From positions 142,042,001 through 142,106,000 of the forward strand of contig NC_091470.1 in NCBI RefSeq assembly GCF_036971445.1: DNA of 64,000 nt. Reading direction: 5' to 3'. Positions 13,401 through 25,400 of this stretch are shown here, in pieces (position 1 is the first letter of the stretch; the number at the start of each line of letters is the position of its first letter). The translations under genes were made by a program, and so were the position numbers. The stretch comes from Narcine bancroftii. Lineage: Eukaryota. Below the pieces are notes generated by a model, which searched no databases, was not told the DNA's origin, and saw only the letters and a program-made list of their open reading frames with translations.

Positions 13401-16400
13401 TGAGGTAACCTTCAGATAAATCTCTCCACAGCCATACATCCTTCCTGTAATGCAGCAACTCGTACTGCACACACTACTTCAAGCGTGGCTGAACCAAACA
13501 CAAATGCCTGGTGTCTGCAGACAGTGGCCTGATCAATGAAAGCAAGTGTGGTGTGCGACTTCTTTACCACCCAGTCCAATTGTGTGGCCACTTACAGGGA
13601 GTTACAGATCTGTATCCTGAGATGCCTCTGGACACCATTATCCTGAGATGCCTCTGGACACCATTATCCTGAGATGCCTCTGGACACCATTATCCTGAGA
13701 TGCCTCTGGACACCATTATCCTGAGATGCCTCTGGACACCATTATCCTGAGATGCCTCTGGACACCATTATCCTGAGATGCCTCTGGACACCATTATCCT
13801 GAGATGCCTCTGGACACCATTATCCTGAGATGCCTCTGGACACCATTATCCTGAGATGCCTCTGGACACCATTATCCTGAGATGCCTCTGGACACCATTA
13901 TCCTGAGATGCCTCTGGACACCATTATCCTGAGATGCCTCTGGACACCATTATCCTGAGATGCCTCTGGACACCATTATCCTGAGATGCCTCTGGACACC
14001 ATTATCCTGAGATGCCTCTGGACACCATTATCCTGAGATGCCTCTGGACACCATTATCCTGAGATGCCTCTGGACACCAATCTACTAAGGGTCCCACTAT
14101 TTAAAATGGGGCGATATGCATCAGTAAATAAACCCTCTCATCTTCCTGTTTTTTGGATGTGGGAGGACACCAGAGCATTCACAGAGAATGTGCAAACTCC
14201 ACACACACAGCACAGGAGTGCCATTTGCTCCTGGTATTGGTCCTTTGATTTCCATAGCAATTGAGCATTGTGATGTTATCATATGACGTTGGGTGCTGGG
14301 AAAAGGCCAAACTACCTGGCCAACACTGGAAATGGCTAGCAGCTGTTGAGAGTACTTTCACCTGGGAAAGATCACCAGTAAACACTAGAGTTGACTGTAC
14401 AAGGTGAGGGAAGGAAGGTTTAGGGGAGAGATCAGGGTTTTTTTTATATATACAGACTAGTGGGTGCCTGGAATATGATGCTGTGGTAGTGGAGATAGGA
14501 ACAGCGGGGTTATTTAAAGGATTCTTCGTCTGGCATATGGATGCAAACAAAAAATAGAGGGTTATGGGTGTGAGGCAGGGAAGAGTTGAATTGTTGCATA
14601 GGTTTCTGTTGATCTGCACAATATTGTGGGGTGAAGGCCCTGAAGTGCTTTAGTATTCTATGTTCTAAGATCAATCCTGGCAGAGCAGATCTGGGTTCTG
14701 ACAGTGTCTGAGTTAGGATTAATTTGTCTGAGGATGTTGATCTCAGATGAATTGGTCCCTGAGGTCTGTGTGATGAATTTGCCTTATTGATGTTTAGAAA
14801 TGACCACATCAGTAAGTACTGGAGTGGTCATTTTAAATCTTCACACACACTCTGAGAAGGAACAGAGGGGGTTTGTATTCTTTATTTCCCTTTCAAGGAG
14901 ACAGATGAGTGGTAAAAAGCAGGGCACCAGGAAGATTTCCTTCTGCTGTGACCTTGAATTCAAAGTCAAATTCCAGCTGCTCGACTTGGTGAGTGCAGGA
15001 TGCATGTGTTCTATGACATCAGTAGGCAAAGCTTGTTCTCAGCAAGTGGCTCAGTGGTGCCACCTGCCGTTACCAGGAGTTCAGTACCTCTCCAACCCTC
15101 GGTCTTTGCTTCATTGATGAAGGTAATTGTTCCTTCCTTCCCTTCATCAGTGACTCCCAGAAGGAGTGATGGGAATATGGAATGAGCTGCCAGCTAAGGT
15201 AGTGAATGCAGACTCAATTTTCACATTTAACATTTGGATAGGTACATGGACTAGGCGCAGGTCAGTGGGACTAAGTTTTTTTAAAAAAAAAGATGGTTCT
15301 GAACAGAGTAGAAGGGCCAGAGGTTCTGTAGTGTTCTAGGAAAATTAATATTAATCAGAAGCCACTATAATTAGCAGGGTTGGATGTGATTTTTTTCAAG
15401 CAGTGTGAGATGTTCTTTAAGTTATTGTTCACTGTTGTCCCTTTTGATTGCAGGTCATTGAGAGCTTTATCAACAATACCTGGTTGCAGCGGTACAATGA
15501 GCCTGTTGACACTTCATCACTCACCACCATTTGGTCACTGGCTGTGGCCATTTTTTCAGTGGGAGGCATGATTGGATCGTTTTCAGTGGGATTGCTTGTG
15601 AACCGGTTTGGAAGGTAATATTTCATGTGCTGACAGATTCACTCTGACATCTCAAATCCTTGGAACTTGACCCACAGTAGTGTCTTTGTAAACAAATCTT
15701 TCATTTTTTTTCTCTTTGTCTAATGGTAGCACATCTGGAAATCTGTCACTAGATGACTGTCCATTTGGAGAAGGTTTTCAGGATGGGGACATCAACTTAG
15801 TTTTTTTATTATCCCACCCTTTGCATCCATGCTGCCTGGGCATTCCCTCTCTGCCTCTCTCTCTCTCTCCTTTAAGGAACTCCCTAAAGCTCAGGCTGAG
15901 TTTTATTTGGCCTGCTATCTCCAATTTGTGTCTCATAATAGGCCCTTTCATACAGTCAAAAAACCCGAATGTAAAGGCGTCGGGAGGCTAACCTCCATGA
16001 ATGTGTCCTGGCCGGCTCCAAGGCACTGACTGCAATCACTCTTGGGGGAGGGGTCAGCGGATGAATGTAATGCTGCTCCAAATGGCTGGCTAAGGGTGGG
16101 CTGATGAGCTCACAGTGATGTTGTCGGCCCACGACCCATCTCACTCACCCCTCTTCCCCACATGACTCCCTCAAGGCAGAGGCAGTCAGTGGAGCCCATC
16201 GGGGCAGCCGCTCCAGCCTCCGGCACCTCACCGAGCCAGTTCAGCCGTTGGTGCTAGTGGCTGCACGTGCGGCAGGGCAATGGCTGTTTACCCTACCCAT
16301 AATTCACCACGCAATTGTAACCGTTCTGATTATGGGTAACGAAGTCAACCATTGCTTGGTGCTTATGTATGGCATGACACCAATAGCCGCACCTCCTGAA

Positions 16401-19400
16401 TCCCGCATCAATGCCCCAGCCGCCTCCAGGCGGAAAAGGCTTTTCTGGCTAAGAAATACCTTTTCGTTCAGTCTTTAAGCCGACCTCCAAGTGGAACCGA
16501 TTACGAAAAGGCCTATTGTCAGTTCTGATTTGACAGCACAAATGTGAATTACCTTGTCATTAATTGCCTGTAATAGCATTGTACAGATGGATTGCTGAGG
16601 GAACCATTCATTCTGCCTGATAATGGCTAATTGCAGCCTCCTCTGAATGAACCCAACTATGTTTTAACTAAAATGTGTCTCCTTCTAGGCGGAATTCCAT
16701 GATGATGGTCAACATCCTTGCCTTCATTGCAGCAGGTCTCATGGGCTTCTCCAAGCTAGCCAACTCCTTTGAAATGCTGATAATAGGACGGCTGATCATT
16801 GGCATCTTTTCGGGCTTGAACACAGGTCTTGTGCCAATGTACGTGGGAGAAATTTCCCCTACAGCTTTAAGAGGAGCTCTGGGTACCCTGCACCAGCTGG
16901 GTGTGGTGTTTGGGATCCTGATTGCCCAGGTGAGCAGGCCTTGCTGAATGTAAACTTTGAGCCCCATCCAATGAGACCAAAATACTGCAGATCTGCAGTG
17001 AAGCAAAAGCTTTCAGAAATTTTCAGTGGGCAAGCAGCGACTGGGGTGAGGGAAATGGTTGAAGGTTCAGGTCACTAAACTTGTATCAGACTTGGGCGGT
17101 TCTGGATGCAGAGCAAGAGGGGAAAGGTGATGATAAAGTGGCGGCAGGCTTGCGTGTGGGGGCGATGAGTGGGAGGAACCACCTGCTTGGACTGGTCATG
17201 TCTGGGCTTGGAACATAGAGTGCTACAGTGCAAGCCCTTCAGCCCACTGCAGATCTAAATATACCTACCAAAAAAAAAAAAGAAACCCTCATATCCTCCA
17301 TTTATAGATGAAAGAAAATACCCTTATTTTTCCAATCTCCTCCACCACCCCTAGCAATGTATTCCAGGCACCCACAACTGCGTATTTATATTTTAAAAAA
17401 AAAAGCAACTTGCCCCTGATGTCTCTCCTAAACTTTCCTCACCAGAGATTTATGGAGCTGAAAGATTACCCCATGACTTGAACTCAATCCCCTCACTATG
17501 AAGCTCAGCGTCCCATGGGCCTTCACTATCCTTTAAACCTGCGTGGCAACCTTGAAAGATGTCTGGATTTGGACCCCAAACGCCCCTCTGTTTTTTTCAC
17601 ACTGAAGTATCCTACCATTAACCGTGTAGTCTATCTTTGGTTTGTAAATGTTATTTTCGGCTGATTCATTTAATAATTGTGGACTTCTGCTTAGAATATC
17701 TACATTTGGTCATGTGTTAGCATTGGCTTCAAGTGAACAGTAAGGTTCTGAGCAGCCATTTAGTATGCTAGCCTCTGATCAGGTGATACTTTGTTCCCAG
17801 AGTGAGATGTGGGATACTGGTGGCCACTGCTCTGTCTCGAGCCCACACTCCTGTTGGGTATTGTTCCAGTAGAATAGAATGTTACAGGGGTAAACAGTGG
17901 ATTTGGGAGTTGGTGAGTTCCATGTCTCAGTAACTGGTGATGAGGATTGGCCAGGATTGTCCTGGTCTCCTCAAACACTGGTCATTCAATAGAGGGGTGG
18001 GCTCTGGTTAGTACCCCTGCTGTTGGTTATCTGTTTGAAGGGAGATTTGTTTGGATTTCATCACTTAATGAGGTGTTTCCATCGCTCCAAATGCCCCATT
18101 GATTATAGCTTCAGAAGTTTGGTCCCCACTGTGTCTGATTTTAATTACTCCATTAGAAATTGCTCTCACTTTTTCCAAATCCATCCTTGTTCCTGCAACC
18201 TCCCCCACCCCACCTTTCAGATTGTCACCTCCCTGAGATCAGTCTTCCATTTCTGGCCTCAAAAACTAATTGCTCCAACTTCAAAAACTGTGGGTTTTCC
18301 TACCTCCTGTTTGTAATACCTGCATCCCATTGTCCAATTCAGTGTCCTGAGAGCCCCCTCCCCCACCACTTTCCTGTATGTTTATCTATCTGCACATAAC
18401 GGGGCTCCAAGATTCTTTGTACCTCTCTTTGTGTCAGCAGTGGATTAGAAACTGTCTCCTTCCGTTGGCAGATACTTGGAATGGAATCCTTGATGGGGAA
18501 TGAATCGCTCTGGCCACTGTTGCTTAGCTTTATCTTCATTCCTGCCCTGGTTCAGTGCATTGGCTTGCCGTTCTGCCCCAAAAGCCCACGCTATCTCCTC
18601 ATTAACAAGAATGAAGAAAACAAGGCAAAGAGTGGTAAGTTTAAATCCTCACTTCTACCAAGGCAAGCCTGTTTTATTAATGTCTGCTCTCGCTGCGTTC
18701 ACCCGTACCATGGTCAACATCAATGTCTTGTTTGTATATTTCCTTGCACAGAGACTGTTTGACCTATTGAGTTAATGTTTGCTCCCAGGTAGGTAATCCC
18801 TTAACTCCCATCTGACCTCTGGTACTGACTGTATGGAGTTTGCCCAGTCTCTCTGTGCCAGCACTGGTTTCCCCCACATCTCAGTGTAAGTGCAAAGGTG
18901 AGGTGGGGAATTGTTGGAGATGTTTGAAAGGGGGGCAGGGAGCTGAGGAGAGGGGGTGGGACAATGCAGGAGGTCCACAGGAGCCCACATTTAAACTGTT
19001 TATGGTCACCTATACTGAGATAGTGAAACTTTGGCATGCTCTCAGTGAAGTCAACTTGCATGTAGTACAGCAAATAAAAGTGCAGTGGGAAAGGTCCAGT
19101 TGAACTGGCTGACACAGGAAATGATGTCACGGGAAGAGACCTGTTCATGAATGTACTGAGCATGGAGCTGCAGGCAAGTTGAGAATTAGGAAGGTCTGTG
19201 GGAGAGAGGCTGGGGAATGTGTGAGAGCACATGAGTCTTCTTGGGATTCAGCATGCCTCACGGATGGGTTCTGGTCTCCAGCAATTCTGGGGTCTTCCTC
19301 TGATATTGGCAGAGGAAGCCTGGCTTGACTCAGTGTGCGCACCAGTGACTTCATGCTGTTCCCTAATGTCTTCTAGTTCTGAAGAAGCTACGTGGTGTGT

Positions 19401-22400
19401 CGGACGTCAGCGCTGACCTGCAGGAGATGAAGGAGGAGAGCAGGCAGATGATGCGGGAGAAGAAAGTCACCATCCCTGAGCTGTTCCGCTCTCCAATGTA
19501 CCGCCAGCCGATCATCATTGCCATCATCCTACAGCTCTCTCAGCAGCTGTCTGGTATCAATGCTGTGAGTCTCCGTCATCCTTTCATCAAGGGTTCCTCA
19601 CATAGAAATGGTCCCTTTAGTCCAATGTTCATGCTGATCCCTGCCCTCTTGGGTGGATAATCCCAAAGGTTTCAAATCAGACCTGAATGGCTGACCATGT
19701 CCTGGGACCCATAGTTAGGGGAGATGTTCCCTTCCTCCAACTTTGTCATCTTGTGTCAGCCTGGTAAATCTCTGTGAGATTATTGCTCTGTCTAAACTTG
19801 AGAGACAACGCTTGGCTTGCTGAATCTCCTCTTGTACCATGACAAGACTTCTTCCTTCACCTTCCCTTTGGTCTGCTGCCCCCTGTAACTAAGCCCCTGT
19901 TGGGATGTTGGCAAAATTGGCCATATCTGTTTTCTACACATTGGAGTCCAGAACGGTGTGGACACACTTGAGTGTTTCAGCATTTGTGCTGTGAGCAGTT
20001 GACTATTTTTGCCAGCTTTCTCAACCTTGTTTTCCTTCTCCAGGTATTTTATTATTCCACATACATTTTTGCAAAGGCTGAGGTGGAGAAGCCAGTTTAT
20101 GCGACCATTGGGGCTGGTGTGGTCAACACTGCCTTCACTGTTGTCTCGGTAGGTATTGCTCAATTTCTGACGTGTTCTTGAGCCACTTTGTCCATGCTGA
20201 CTTGGTGCTGGTCCCATTGACTTGTGTTTGGCTCTTTCTTCTCTCTTCCTTGACAAACTATGCCTGACAAGCACCTTGTCGACATTATTATTGAATCTGT
20301 CTCCACTAACTCTGCTAACTTTATCCAGATGTTCACCACCCTCCATGGGTATTAACATTGTCCTTGGGTTTTGGTTGGTCAGAAATGCTGCCAACTGTAG
20401 CAACTGGACTGTCCTGCCTCCTATGCAGAGGCCAGTTTGAGCTACACAAACAGAGCAGCTGTGCATTAGGAGTACCTGTGAGCGATCAGTAGGGGTAGAT
20501 GGTCCTCAGCTGCACAAACACTAAGGAGAGCTCTCACTGTTGTATGAGAGGCTTCAATCAGTGACTCTTCCCCTATTCTAGATTCTCCTATGAGAAGTAT
20601 CCAAGCTCCAAGACCTCTGCACAACCCCCAGTATAATGATATGGCAACATACAATAACCTACAAAGTGGGAGCAGAAGGCCATTCAGCCACTTGAGCCCC
20701 CCCCCCCAAGTCATCAACTATGTTGATCTCAGTACTATTTATTTCAACATCCATCAGTATCAGAAATCCATAAGGCTCAGTTTTTCATAGAGTAAAATAT
20801 TAAAGGGTGCAATGCTATGATTGAAGGAAAAACAAAGCTGGAAAAATTCAGCAGGTCAAACAGTGTAAAATTATATAGCAAAGATAAAGATACATAGCTA
20901 ATGTTTTGGCTTGTGCCCTTCAAGGTGTGAGCAAATGTAGGCAGGTGCCCAAAAATCAGTAGATCAGACAGTAGTTTGGGGGCCTGTCTACATTTTGCTC
21001 AACCCTGAAATGTTGGTTATATATTTTTTATATTTTATTTAAAGAACACTGTTAGACCTGCTGAGTTTCTCCAGCATTGTTTATCATGGACTCTGTGACT
21101 GAGCCTCCCCATCTTTCTGGGGTAGAGTATTTCAAAGATTTGCCTTCCTCCCTATCTCTTACTTGACAGTTAACCTCCAGTTTAGTCTTGTGTTCTTGCA
21201 CCCCTCAGCCCATGAGCACATCCATGGATCAGGGTGACTCCTTAGGATGGGCAGCCAGGTGTCCTGTGGTTGTTACTAACCAGACATGTATCTCTGCAGC
21301 TGTTTGTGGTGGAGCGTGCGGGCCGTCGGACTCTACACCTGATTGGCCTGGCGGGGATGGCAATCTGTGCCATCTTTATGACCATCGCACTCGTCCTCCA
21401 GGTAAGAGGGGATGGGGGTTATTCAGCAGAAAAATGGGCATCTATGAGGGCCATTGGCTCTCGTGAACTGAACTGCGGAGGCAGATAGCAGTACTGACCC
21501 CTCAACCCACCACCCCTGTCAAATCAGTGATGGGCTGGGCTGGCCTTGGGGGGGTCTGGGCTGGCCTTGGGGGGGTCTGGGCTGGCCTTGGGGGGGGTCT
21601 GGGCTGGCCTTGGGGGGGTCTGGGCTGGCCTTGGGGGGGGACTGGGCTGGCCTTGGGGGGGTCTGGGCTGGCCTTGGGGGGGGGTCTGGGCTGGCCTTAG
21701 GGGGGGGGTCTGGGCTGGCCTTGGTGGGGGTCTGGGCTGGCCTTGGGGGGGTCTGGGCTGGCCTTGGGGGGGGTCTGGGCTGGCCTTGGGGGGGGGGTCT
21801 GGGCTGGCCTTGGTGGGGGTCTGGGCTGGCCTTGGGGGGGTCTGGGCTGGCCTTGGGGGGGGTCTGGGCTGGCCTTGGGGGGGTCTGGGCTGGCCTTGGG
21901 GGGGTCTGGGCTGGCCTTGGTGGGGTCTGGGCTGGCCTTGGGGGGTCTGGGCTGGCCTTGGGGGGGTCTGGGCTGGCCTTGGGGGGGGTCTGGGCTGGCC
22001 TTGGGGGGGGGGTCTGGGCTGGCCTTGGGGGGGGGGGTCTGGGCTGGCCTTGGGGGGGGGGTCTGGGCTGGCCTTGGGGGGGGGGGTCTGGGCTGGCCTT
22101 GGGGGGGGGTCTGGGCTGGCCTTGGGGGGGGGGGTCTGGGCTGGCCTTGGGGGGGGGGGTCTGGGCTGGCCTTGGTGGGGGTCTGGGCTGGCCTTGGGGG
22201 GGGTCTGGGCTGGCCTTGGGGGGTGTCTGGGCTGGCCTTGGGGGGGGGGTCTGGGCTGGCCTTGGGGGGGGGGGTCTGGGCTGGCCTTGGGGGGGGGTCT
22301 GGGCTGGCCTTGGGGGGGGGTCTGGGCTGGCCTTGGGGGGGGGTCTGGGCTGGCCTTGGGGGGGGGTCTGGGCTGGCCTTGGGGGGGGGTCTGGGCTGGC

Positions 22401-25400
22401 CTTGGGGGGGGGGGTCTGGGCTGGCCTTGGGGGGGGGGGGGTCTGGGCTGGCCTTGGGGGGGTCTGGGCTGGCCTTGGGGGTCTTGGAAACATTTACAAA
22501 ACAACTCTAAAAGTGACTGATGTTGAATCACTGTCCAAATTCCTCACCCTAACCCTTCTGGACCACAGTGGCACAGCGGGTAATACTGCTGCCACATTGC
22601 CCCAGGGACATTGGTTTGATCTTGGCCTCCAGCACTATGTGGAGTCTGCATGTCCTCTCAGTGACTGCATGGGTCCTTCCCCCCCTGCCCCCAGGGTGCT
22701 TTGGTTTCTTCTCACATTCCAGAGACGTGGATGTCAGTGGGTTAATGTGAGGGATAGAGTGGGGGTGCGGTGGGGGCATGGAGAGAGAGTTGAATGGAGT
22801 TTGGGGAGAATAAATTAGGATGAATGTAGGTGGGCATGTGCGGACCTAGGTCCAACCCTCATTCACCTGCTACCCTGGTGCCAGATTGGTCCCAGCTCCT
22901 GGGTAAATGTTTAATATTTCTGCCCATCACTCCAAATCTCCCCCCCTCACCATGGCCCCACTTCACTACACCCCCCACATTGCTGCCATTTCTCTCCCAC
23001 CCCCCCCCCACAGGAGATCTGAGTTCCCTGTTCTAGCTATTTCATTGTTCCTGAATTTAATGCCCTTGTCCTCAGATCCCAACATCTCTTCAGCTCCTGA
23101 GCACTGGACTGTGGAAGACCTGGTCCAAACCTCTTGCCTCCATCATCTCTCAAACACCCTCTTCCACACACCTCCCTGGCTGGCTTGGGTATCTGGGCTA
23201 GCCTTGGGGGTCTGGGCTAGCCTTGGGGGGGTCTGGGCTGGCCTTGGGGGGGGTCTGGGCTGGCCTTGGGGGGGGTCTGGGCTGGCCTTGGGGGGGGTCT
23301 GGGCTGGCCTTGGGGGGGGTCTGGGCTGGCCTTGGGGGGGTCTGGGCTGGCCTTGGGTGGGTCTGGGCTGGCCTGGGGGGGGTCTGGGCTGGCCTGGGGG
23401 GGGTCTGGGCTGGCCTGGGGGGGGTCTGGGCTGGCCTGGGGGGGGTCTGGGCTGGCCTTGGGGGGGTTCTGGGCTGGCCTTGGGGGGGTTCTGGGCTGGC
23501 CTTGGGGGGGGTCTGGGCTGGCCTTGGGGGTGTCTGGGCTGGCCTTGGGGGGGGGGTCTGGGCTGGCCTTGGGGGGGTTCTGGGCTGGCCTTGGGGGGGT
23601 CTGGGCTGGCCTTGGGGGGGTCTGGGCTGGCCTTGGTGGGGTCTGGGCTGGCCTTGGGGGGGTCTGGGCTGGCCTTGGGGGGGGTCTGGGCTGGCCTTGG
23701 GGGGGGTCTGGGCTGGCCTTGGGGGGGGTCTGGGCTGGCCTTGGGGGGGTCTGGGCTGGCCTTGGGGGGGTCTGGGCTGGCCTTGGGGGGGTCTGGGCTG
23801 GCCTTGGTGGGGGTCTGGGCTGGCCTTGGTGGGGGTCTGGGCTGGCCTTGGTGGGGGTCTGGGCTGGCCTCGGTGGGGGTCTGGGCTGGCCTTGGGGGGG
23901 TCTGGGCTGGCCTTGGGGGGGGGGTCTGGGCTGGCCTTGGGGGGGGATCTGGGCTGGCCTTGGGGGGTCTGGGCTGGCCTTGGGGGGTCTGGGCTGGCCT
24001 TGGGGGGGTCTGGGCTGGCCTTGGGGGGTTCTGGGCTGGCCTTGGGGGGTTCTGGGCTGGCCTTGGGGGGGGTCTGGGCTGGCCTTGGGGGGGGTCTGGG
24101 CTGGCCTTGGGGGGGGTCTGGGCTGGCCTTGGGGGGGGTCTGGGCTGGCCTTGGGGGGGGTCTGGGCTGGCCTTGGGGTGGTCTGGGCTGGCCTTAGGGT
24201 CCCTTGTGGGGGATCTCTTGAGCAGCAGTGAGCTGGAGGGTATGTTGGATTTGCCTCCTAACGTGGTGTTTCTGGAGCAGGAGCAGCTGCCGTGGATGAG
24301 CTTCATCAGCATCATTGCCATCTTTGGCTTTGTGGCCTTCTTCGAGATTGGCCCTGGACCCATCCCTTGGTTTATTGTTGCTGAGCTCTTCAGTCAGGGG
24401 CCTCGGCCAGCTGCCATCGCTGTGTCTGGTTTGTCCAACTGGACGGCGAACTTCATCGTTGGCATGTGCTTCCAGTATGTGGAGGTAGGTTGATCATACC
24501 ATTCATCGGGCCTGCCTTCCTGAGAGCGTTTGCCAGAGTAAAGCTGGCCTCAGCCTGCCAGGCAACTGTGGAGAGGGATAAAAAAATACCCTCGTGTAAT
24601 GATTCTTCCTCGACACATTGATGCCAATTTGCTGAGGTCCACCAGCGTTTTCTTGCTTTGATTACAGATAGATTGCCTACAACAGTGGGAATAAGGCGAC
24701 TGACTCTGAACTTTTTTAGATAAATGGTGAATGACACTTTTGGAATTTGTGGGAGTGTCAGATTGAGTTCACTGGAGAATTGTAGTCCATGTCCATACCA
24801 GCTGATCCTCCACTCAGCTTGCAACACTGGGCTCCATATCTCCCTGAGTAGGGCAGGTAACAAACAGCAGGTCAAACAGTCTCTGGTTGCATCATGAGTA
24901 ATCAAAAAGGTTTGACAGAGACAAAGCTTTGATTGTACTATGAGGACACTTTGATGGTGGTGACCTCCCCAACGGATCCTCTGTGGTGGGAATGGGTGCT
25001 CGGGGTGAGTTCTTGTTGACAGCTGCAGCAGTTTGGTCAGACGATACAGGCTTAGAGCCATCTCCTATGCTCCCATCAGGGGAGAGATAGTAAATTGTTT
25101 AAATCGATGGGAATCGATGTTCCATGGGAGGGCTGGTGGTGCTGTTGTTGGTCCTCTCACAATGGAGGGAGGCTCCTGCCCTCGACCCTCTGTTTGACGG
25201 AGGTGGTCATGTCTGATGTACTGGCTACACAACTTTCCACCCACTCACTGCTTCTCCTTCCCTCATTACAGCAAATCTGTGGCCCGTACGTTTTCATAAT
25301 CTTCACTGTGCTGCTGGTCCTGTTTTTCGTGTTCACCTACTTCAAGGTCCCTGAGACCAAGGGCCGAACGTTCGATGAGATTGCCTCTGGATTCCGCCAA

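Noticed and set aside
21519-24493. Long Gly/Trp- and Pro-rich ORFs (255-528 aa), one running into GLUT1 exon 9
   Set aside because: Artefacts of a stop-free G-rich minisatellite inside intron 8; only the exon 9 part is real coding sequence.
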